Assembly (NCBI GenBank): GCA_963663035.1
Contig: OY760074.1
Span: forward strand, 3,456,001-3,520,000
Length of the DNA stretch: 64,000 nucleotides
Direction of reading: 5' to 3'
Source: Acidobacteriota bacterium
GTDB lineage: Bacteria; Acidobacteriota; UBA6911; RPQK01; JADFOI01
A program made the translations under genes and the position numbers. The notes under the pieces are model-generated. The model ran no database searches. It saw only the letters and a program-made list of their open reading frames with translations, and was not told where the DNA came from. Shown piece after piece: positions 58,599 to 64,000 of this stretch (the first letter of the stretch is position 1; each line of letters opens with the position of its first letter).

Positions 58599-59510
58599 AT
58601 GCACTTGCGGGGAGATCTCTATTTGGGAGGACAGAGACGGCGATTTCCTGCCATCGGCCTTATGCTCTTTTTACCGTTTTGGCTGTTTAACTGGTCCCAC
58701 CAAAACGCAAAGTTCTTGAACTTCTTGCGGGTCCTGGTCGTGGTCACGGTTGTGCTGATGGCATCCTGTTCCAACCCGCCGGCTAGCTCATCGGAAACAT
58801 TCGCGGAGGATCCTTCCCAGACAACTTCTCCTCCTGGTCCCGTCTCGATGAGTGTTCGGGAAGGGCAAGACCGAGGAGGCCAGGTCCTGGAAGGACGAGT
58901 TCTTTTTGAAGGCTCGAATATTCCCCGCTCTACCCGGGTCCAAAACACAACAGATCCACAGGATTGTGAAACGATTCAATCGCTCAGTAATATCATCATC
59001 TCCGGGGAGAACCGAGGCATCAAGAATGTTATTCTTGCCCTCAAGGGTGTACCTGTTCCAAAGGACTACCGCCCCCAACCCTCCCCCCTCATCCTGGACA
59101 ACCGCGACTGCCAGTTTGAACCGCATGTGGGGGTACTGACGACCGGGAGCAGCATTGAAGCCGTTAACCGTGACCCCATCTTTCATTCGGTCCACTTGTA
59201 CGGATTTCTCAACCTAAACCTAGCCTTGGGTCCAAACCAAGCCAAGGTTGCTCAGACGGTAGAACGTCCAGGCTACGTCATCGTCAAATGCGACGTTCAT
59301 GGTTGGATGCAGGCTTTTTTCAGGGTTGACAATCATCCCTTCCACTCCGTTAGCGCTGCAGACGGCAGCTTCCGGATCGAGAACATCCCGCCAGGTTCTT
59401 ACGTGCTGGAGGTTTGGCACGAATACTTTGGAGAAAAGGAAATCGCGGTGATAATAGGAGGTGATGCGCCCTCGCGTGTCACCATAGACTTTCGCGATCA
59501 ATCACCCTGA
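58599..59510 (+). CDS. Lipoprotein with cupredoxin-like CxxHxWM motif and carboxypeptidase-regulatory-like domain
   Basis: Lipobox LMASC; LDNRDCQFEPHV, HSVH, KCDVHGWM and IPPGSYVLEVWHE motifs; true start is probably downstream of 58599. Confidence 0.65.
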   Translation: MHLRGDLYLGGQRRRFPAIGLMLFLPFWLFNWSHQNAKFLNFLRVLVVVTVVLMASCSNPPASSSETFAEDPSQTTSPPGPVSMSVREGQDRGGQVLEGRVLFEGSNIPRSTRVQNTTDPQDCETIQSLSNIIISGENRGIKNVILALKGVPVPKDYRPQPSPLILDNRDCQFEPHVGVLTTGSSIEAVNRDPIFHSVHLYGFLNLNLALGPNQAKVAQTVERPGYVIVKCDVHGWMQAFFRVDNHPFHSVSAADGSFRIENIPPGSYVLEVWHEYFGEKEIAVIIGGDAPSRVTIDFRDQSP

Positions 59511-59532
59511 ACGGGAAAAAAGGAGGAGAAGA

Positions 59533-60306
59533 ATGAAAGTAAATTGCTTTCGAGTGTTGGTCTTTCTCATCTTTGTCTCACCCCTCATGATCTCCTGTGG
59601 GGAGGACACCGGGGGAGAAGCTGAGGAGGCGGCCGCTCAGCAGGCGCCACCGGCAGGTCCTCGCTCGCAGCCGGGGACAGAGATGGAAATCTATACGCCT
59701 GAACAGCACGAACTGTACAGTGGGATTTTCACCATCAGTGCCGGCCGGATCTATCAAGTCGGCCGCCTGGATGATCCACCCGGTTGGGATCACATAGATA
59801 ACGAAGCCCAGCGGGTGAATCCAGTGGAAGGGGTGGTCGATCTGGACGTTGATGAGATCCAAAACACCGGCACTTTCATTGCTCGGCTCCAAGTCCCGGA
59901 GGGAGAACTTGTGCTTGAAATTGATCGCTTTCACGAATTCAGTCCCTGCCAGGATGGAGGGGTGGCGGCCTACATTTTCGAGCACGGTGATTCAGGCTGT
60001 GGGGACTCCAATTGGCCCAAGTCGTTTCTCTATGTTGCAGGTTGGGGTTACGGGCATGCCACCTTGAACGGGGAGGAGCTGTACCAGGATTATCAGATGC
60101 ACTTTATGCTCACTCAGGGCATGCGTGATCGGGATACGTTAAAAGTGAGTTATCCACTGCTTAATAAAAGGAGTGCGGCTGGGGCGGTCGACCCGGCATC
60201 CCAGCAGCTGGATTTCTTTATTCGGAGTCCCGATCTGGAGGAACAGAACAATCCAAATAGAAAGGTTTTCGACCACTTCTTCGCTATGGAAGTGACCTGG
60301 AAGTAG
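59533..60306 (+). CDS. Hypothetical lipoprotein
   Basis: aaggagg RBS; lipobox LMISC; no family recognised. Confidence 0.7.
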   Translation: MKVNCFRVLVFLIFVSPLMISCGEDTGGEAEEAAAQQAPPAGPRSQPGTEMEIYTPEQHELYSGIFTISAGRIYQVGRLDDPPGWDHIDNEAQRVNPVEGVVDLDVDEIQNTGTFIARLQVPEGELVLEIDRFHEFSPCQDGGVAAYIFEHGDSGCGDSNWPKSFLYVAGWGYGHATLNGEELYQDYQMHFMLTQGMRDRDTLKVSYPLLNKRSAAGAVDPASQQLDFFIRSPDLEEQNNPNRKVFDHFFAMEVTWK

Positions 60307-60610
60307 AAATTGGTTAGGCCAGACTGACGGTGACTGGCTCTCTCCGCAATTCACTGCTCAAATGACAGCAGAACTCTTTTTATATAAGTTACTTGCGAGG
60401 TTTTATTCGACGACTTCTGCTGGAATAGCCGCTATGGAGAAGAGTTTTTTTCGCTTTCCTTTTGCTTCCCTTTCGAATAGAATAGGAATCAGACACTTCG
60501 ACCGGGTAGACTTGGTTGGTTCAAATTCAGTTCAGTGGACCAGCCCCTCCCAAAGATCTAGTGGCTTCGATCAGAAAGTGATGGGAGAACAGTGACTCAG
60601 AATAACTGAT

Positions 60611-61579
60611 ATGGCCGATCAAAAAGACTCTCTGGACTTGCGTGAACTAGAGAACATGATCCTCTTGAAGGGTGTAGAACTTGAATCGATTCAAGGTGTT
60701 CTCGATAGCTGTTCAGTACAATACTTAAAAAAAGGCGATATCCTCATTCGCGCCGGACAACGTAATCATTCCCTTTTTATGCTTCTTTCGGGTCGTTTAC
60801 GTATTCACCTCGAGCTTTCGTTGAGTCCAATTGTCATAATGGGACCAGGCGAGCTCGTCGGAGAACTCTCTCTCATCGACGGCCAGCTGACCTCAGCCTA
60901 TGTTGTGGCCGCCGAGGATTGTCGCTTGCTAGTGATCGACGACAGGACAATGTGGTCTCTGGTTGCTTCCTGTCACGCCGTCGCGCGCAATCTCCTAGTT
61001 GTCCTTGCTCAGCGTTTACGTCATGGGAATTCTGTCCTCTTGACAGCCCAACACTCACAGCCCGTCGAGAATTACGCTGTTTTCGATGTGCTGACAGGTC
61101 TCTATAACCGTCAGGGCCTGGACGCGCTGCTGCCACGGGAAATGGAGCGCTGTAGTAGAAAAGGCAGTGCCCTTTCTTCACTGATGCTTGAGATCGATGA
61201 TTTCAGCAGCTACAGAGACTCCCATGGAAATCGGGGAGGTGACCGTGTCCTTTATACGATCGCACGGACTCTCAGAGAGAGTATGAGTGACGGCGAGATG
61301 ATCGCGCGCTACAGTGGGAACCAGTTCCTCGTTCTTTTACCGGACGCTGAAGTTGAGGCTGGCTGGGAGCTCGGAGGCCAGCTGCACGGGGCGGCCTCGA
61401 AGGCCAAAATATATCTCTCAGACCGGCGTCCTCTTCCTCCTGTTACGATCTCGGGTGGTCTGGCGCAGCTGACTGCTGGGGATACGCCGTTATCGTTTAT
61501 TGCCGCAGCCAAGTGGGCCCTTCATCAGGCTAAGAGACAGGGGGGCAATCGGTTGTCTAAAGTTGACCGTCCGGGCTAG
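60611..61579 (+). CDS. Cyclic-nucleotide-binding domain + degenerate GGDEF protein
   Basis: GELSLIDG (CNB domain); DVLTGLYNR; A-site reads SGNQF. Confidence 0.8.
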   Translation: MADQKDSLDLRELENMILLKGVELESIQGVLDSCSVQYLKKGDILIRAGQRNHSLFMLLSGRLRIHLELSLSPIVIMGPGELVGELSLIDGQLTSAYVVAAEDCRLLVIDDRTMWSLVASCHAVARNLLVVLAQRLRHGNSVLLTAQHSQPVENYAVFDVLTGLYNRQGLDALLPREMERCSRKGSALSSLMLEIDDFSSYRDSHGNRGGDRVLYTIARTLRESMSDGEMIARYSGNQFLVLLPDAEVEAGWELGGQLHGAASKAKIYLSDRRPLPPVTISGGLAQLTAGDTPLSFIAAAKWALHQAKRQGGNRLSKVDRPG

Positions 61580-61647
61580 CTGCCCGCACCCGCGAAGACC
61601 CCCGCTTCCAAGGACCTTGGGCCACATCGTTATCCAGGAGAGCAATC

Positions 61648-62490
61648 GTGGCGAACAATGAAATCAAGGATCACTACGCTTCTCCTGGGCTGTTACAACG
61701 CATCGTCCAGGGGCTCGAGGCCATCGGAAGGTCTCCCGCGTCTGTGGAGCTCGACGACCTCGCAGCGGTAGACGAGTTCCACCTTCGCGGGCCCGCGGCG
61801 ACCCAGGAGCTCATCGAGATTCTCGAGGTGGGCGCGGATTCCCACGTACTCGATGTGGGGTCCGGTCTGGGAGGGCCGGCGCGCCATCTTGCGAAGGCGA
61901 CCGGATGCCGGGTCACGGGTGTCGATCTGAGCGAGGACTACTGCGCGGTCGGGAACGAACTGACCGGCTGGCTGGGCCTGTCGGAGCGCGTTCGCCTCGA
62001 GCCGGGAGACGCGACCAGGCTCGAGCGCTTCGCTCCCTCTTCATTCGATGCTGCCTGGACGATTCATGTTGGCATGAACGTCCAGGACAAGGGCTCACTC
62101 TATGCCAGTGTCGCCCATGTCCTGAAGCCTGGAGCACAGTTCGTTCTGTTCGACATACTCTCAGCCGGCGCTGAAGAGCCACAATACCCAACGCCCTGGG
62201 CTGCAACGCCCGCGCAAAGCTTCCTTGCCACCGCTGATGAGATGTCTGCGCACCTCGGAGGCGCTGGCTTTTCCATCATAGAGATCGAAGACCAAACATC
62301 GCGGGCGCTCGCCTTTCTCGATCAGAATTTTGTTCGGATTAAAAGCCCGAGTGAGGGGCCGCCGCCGCTCGGACTCCACCTCATCATGGGACCGACCTTC
62401 AAGGAGAGCATCGCAGGTGTGCAACTGAATCTCGCGGAAGGCCGCCTGACGCTCACCCTCATTCACACTCGCAAGAACAGAAAAGGCTAA
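61648..62490 (+). CDS. Class I SAM-dependent methyltransferase
   Basis: DEFHLRG, VLDVGSGLGG, VTGVDL and LKPGA motifs. Confidence 0.88.
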   Translation: MANNEIKDHYASPGLLQRIVQGLEAIGRSPASVELDDLAAVDEFHLRGPAATQELIEILEVGADSHVLDVGSGLGGPARHLAKATGCRVTGVDLSEDYCAVGNELTGWLGLSERVRLEPGDATRLERFAPSSFDAAWTIHVGMNVQDKGSLYASVAHVLKPGAQFVLFDILSAGAEEPQYPTPWAATPAQSFLATADEMSAHLGGAGFSIIEIEDQTSRALAFLDQNFVRIKSPSEGPPPLGLHLIMGPTFKESIAGVQLNLAEGRLTLTLIHTRKNRKG

Positions 62491-62609
62491 TGACCAATCC
62501 TAGGATTCTCTTCACGTCGGGAGAGATGTCGTATTCTCGAGATAGGGCGCGGGCAGAGTACCTTCCCCTGAACAAGACCTCAGGGTAAAGCCAGTAACCA
62601 ATTTTTGGG

Positions 62610-64000
62610 TTACAACTCTTCCGCTGCTTCAGCTAATAATCTTTTTTGAAGGGCCAGTTTTTTGGTAAAGACCTTTTCCTTTTCTGACAGGGCTTTTGTC
62701 TTTTCTTCTTCAAGCGCAGATTTTTGAGCGGCTAGGTCACCTTTATGTTCCAGGGCAGCTTCTGCTAAGGCGTGCTCTTTCTCTTTTTTCAATTTCGCGG
62801 CTTCACTTTCGGCTTGCTCTTTGAGCTTCTGCTCTGTCTTGGCCAGCTCCAGTTGCTTTTGTTTCTCGTGTTCTGCTTCCTGTTTGGCCAATGCGTCAAG
62901 TCGTTCTTGTTCGGCTTTTGCTAAGGCTTGCTCTTTTTCTTCTTTCAATTGCGCGGCTTCACGTTCGGCTTTCTCGGCTTTTGCTAAGAGCTCATTTTCT
63001 TTTTTCAAGTTCGCGGCTTCACTTTCGGCATGCTCTTTAAGCTTCTGTTCTGTCTTGGCCACCTCCAGTTGCTTTTGTTTGTCGAGTTCTGCTTCTTTTT
63101 TGGCCACGGCGTCAACTTGTTCTTTCTCGGCTTTTGCTAAGGCGAGCTCTTTTTCCTTTTTCACTTTAGCGGTTTCACCTTCGGCTTGCTCTTTTTTGGC
63201 CAAAGCGTCAACTCGTTCTTGCTCGAGTTTTGCTAAGAGCTTATGTTCCTTTTTCAAGTTCGCGGCTTCACTTTCGGCATGCTCTTTAAGCTTCTGCTCT
63301 GTCTTGGCCACCTCCAGTTGCTTTTGTTTGCCGAGTTCTGCTTCCTGTTTGGCCAATCCGTCAAGTCGTTCTTGTTCGGCTTCTGCTAAGGCGAGCTCTT
63401 TTTCCTCTTTCAATTTCGCGGTTTCACCTTCGGCTTGCTTTCTGAGTTCCTGCTCTGTCTTGGCCAGCTCCAGTTGTTTTTGTTTGTCGAGTTCTGCTTC
63501 CTGTTTGGCCAACGCGTCAAGTTGTTCTTGTTCGGCTTTTGCTAAGGCGAGCTCTTTTTCCTCTTTCAATTTCGCGGTTTCACCTTCGGCTTGCTTTCTG
63601 AGTTCCTGCTCTGTCTTGGTCAGCTCCAGTTGTTTTTGTTTGTCGAGTTCTGCTTCCTGTTTGGCCAACGCGTCAACTCGTTCTTGCTGGGCTTTTGCTA
63701 AATTGAGGTCATTTTCCTTTCTCATCTGCGCGGCTATACCTTCGGCTTGCTCAGTATCAAGCTCTTGTTCGTGATTAAAAAGCATTTCCAGAGTGACTTT
63801 ATACTTGTCAAACGCCTGTCGGTATCGACTTTCATCTGGAAACAATGTGTTTATGTAATCCATAAGCAACGAAACAGGAAGACCAACCAGCGAACTGACA
63901 ATTGCCACGGAGGCGCCAGATTTGATATCGCCACCCTCATTTAACGCCAGATAAAAGCCTGCAAATGTACCAATGATCCCAAGCAGAATGATCATAAAAG
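62610..64000 (-). CDS. MotA/TolQ/ExbB-like membrane protein with a long repetitive coiled-coil tail (5' end probably outside the window)
   Basis: LGIIGTFAG and SSLVGL TM motifs, followed by ~350 aa of 52-aa (156-bp) E/K/A/Q-rich repeats. Confidence 0.6.
   Translation of the reverse strand, partial: FMIILLGIIGTFAGFYLALNEGGDIKSGASVAIVSSLVGLPVSLLMDYINTLFPDESRYRQAFDKYKVTLEMLFNHEQELDTEQAEGIAAQMRKENDLNLAKAQQERVDALAKQEAELDKQKQLELTKTEQELRKQAEGETAKLKEEKELALAKAEQEQLDALAKQEAELDKQKQLELAKTEQELRKQAEGETAKLKEEKELALAEAEQERLDGLAKQEAELGKQKQLEVAKTEQKLKEHAESEAANLKKEHKLLAKLEQERVDALAKKEQAEGETAKVKKEKELALAKAEKEQVDAVAKKEAELDKQKQLEVAKTEQKLKEHAESEAANLKKENELLAKAEKAEREAAQLKEEKEQALAKAEQERLDALAKQEAEHEKQKQLELAKTEQKLKEQAESEAAKLKKEKEHALAEAALEHKGDLAAQKSALEEEKTKALSEKEKVFTKKLALQKRLLAEAAEEL

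Noticed and set aside
62800-63700. Repeats considered as a possible CRISPR array
   Set aside because: They are coding 156-bp tandem repeats without unique spacers, and there are no cas genes.
62821-63774. 317-aa Ser/Cys/Phe-rich plus-strand ORF
   Set aside because: Antisense shadow of the repetitive coiled-coil gene.

Overview
A 64-kb, gene-dense bacterial chromosomal segment with moderately high GC. The gene content (DUF5916, secreted amidohydrolase, DUF6178, split peroxiredoxin) suggests Acidobacteriota, but this is inference. Most of it is housekeeping or catabolic: coxM/coxG, a small aromatic/aldehyde catabolic cluster, ctpA-mltD, yhaM-aspC-trmJ, a DHS-like gene, etfBA, mutY, dinB, a 2-oxoacid dehydrogenase operon, rnhA, mrp, nfi, leuACD, ychF and dnaA. 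I saw no rRNA, tRNA, CRISPR or transposase. The main signals missed by the ORF track are: (1) two probable UGA-recoded selenoproteins, a membrane-anchored SQR/FCSD-type flavoprotein whose second catalytic Cys position is an in-frame UGA followed by a SECIS-like hairpin, and a secreted peroxiredoxin-like protein with TxxU; (2) a ~200-bp palindromic element family whose terminal stems co-vary and which supplies stop codons; (3) a CTAG-flanked MITE that replaced the start of dinB; (4) unannotated small genes (an H1-like Lys-rich protein and an SSS accessory peptide); (5) frame-preserving displaced duplications in nfi and the SQR-like gene, which may be assembly artefacts; (6) dnaA without dnaN; and (7) a MotA/ExbB-like protein with a long 52-aa-repeat tail.
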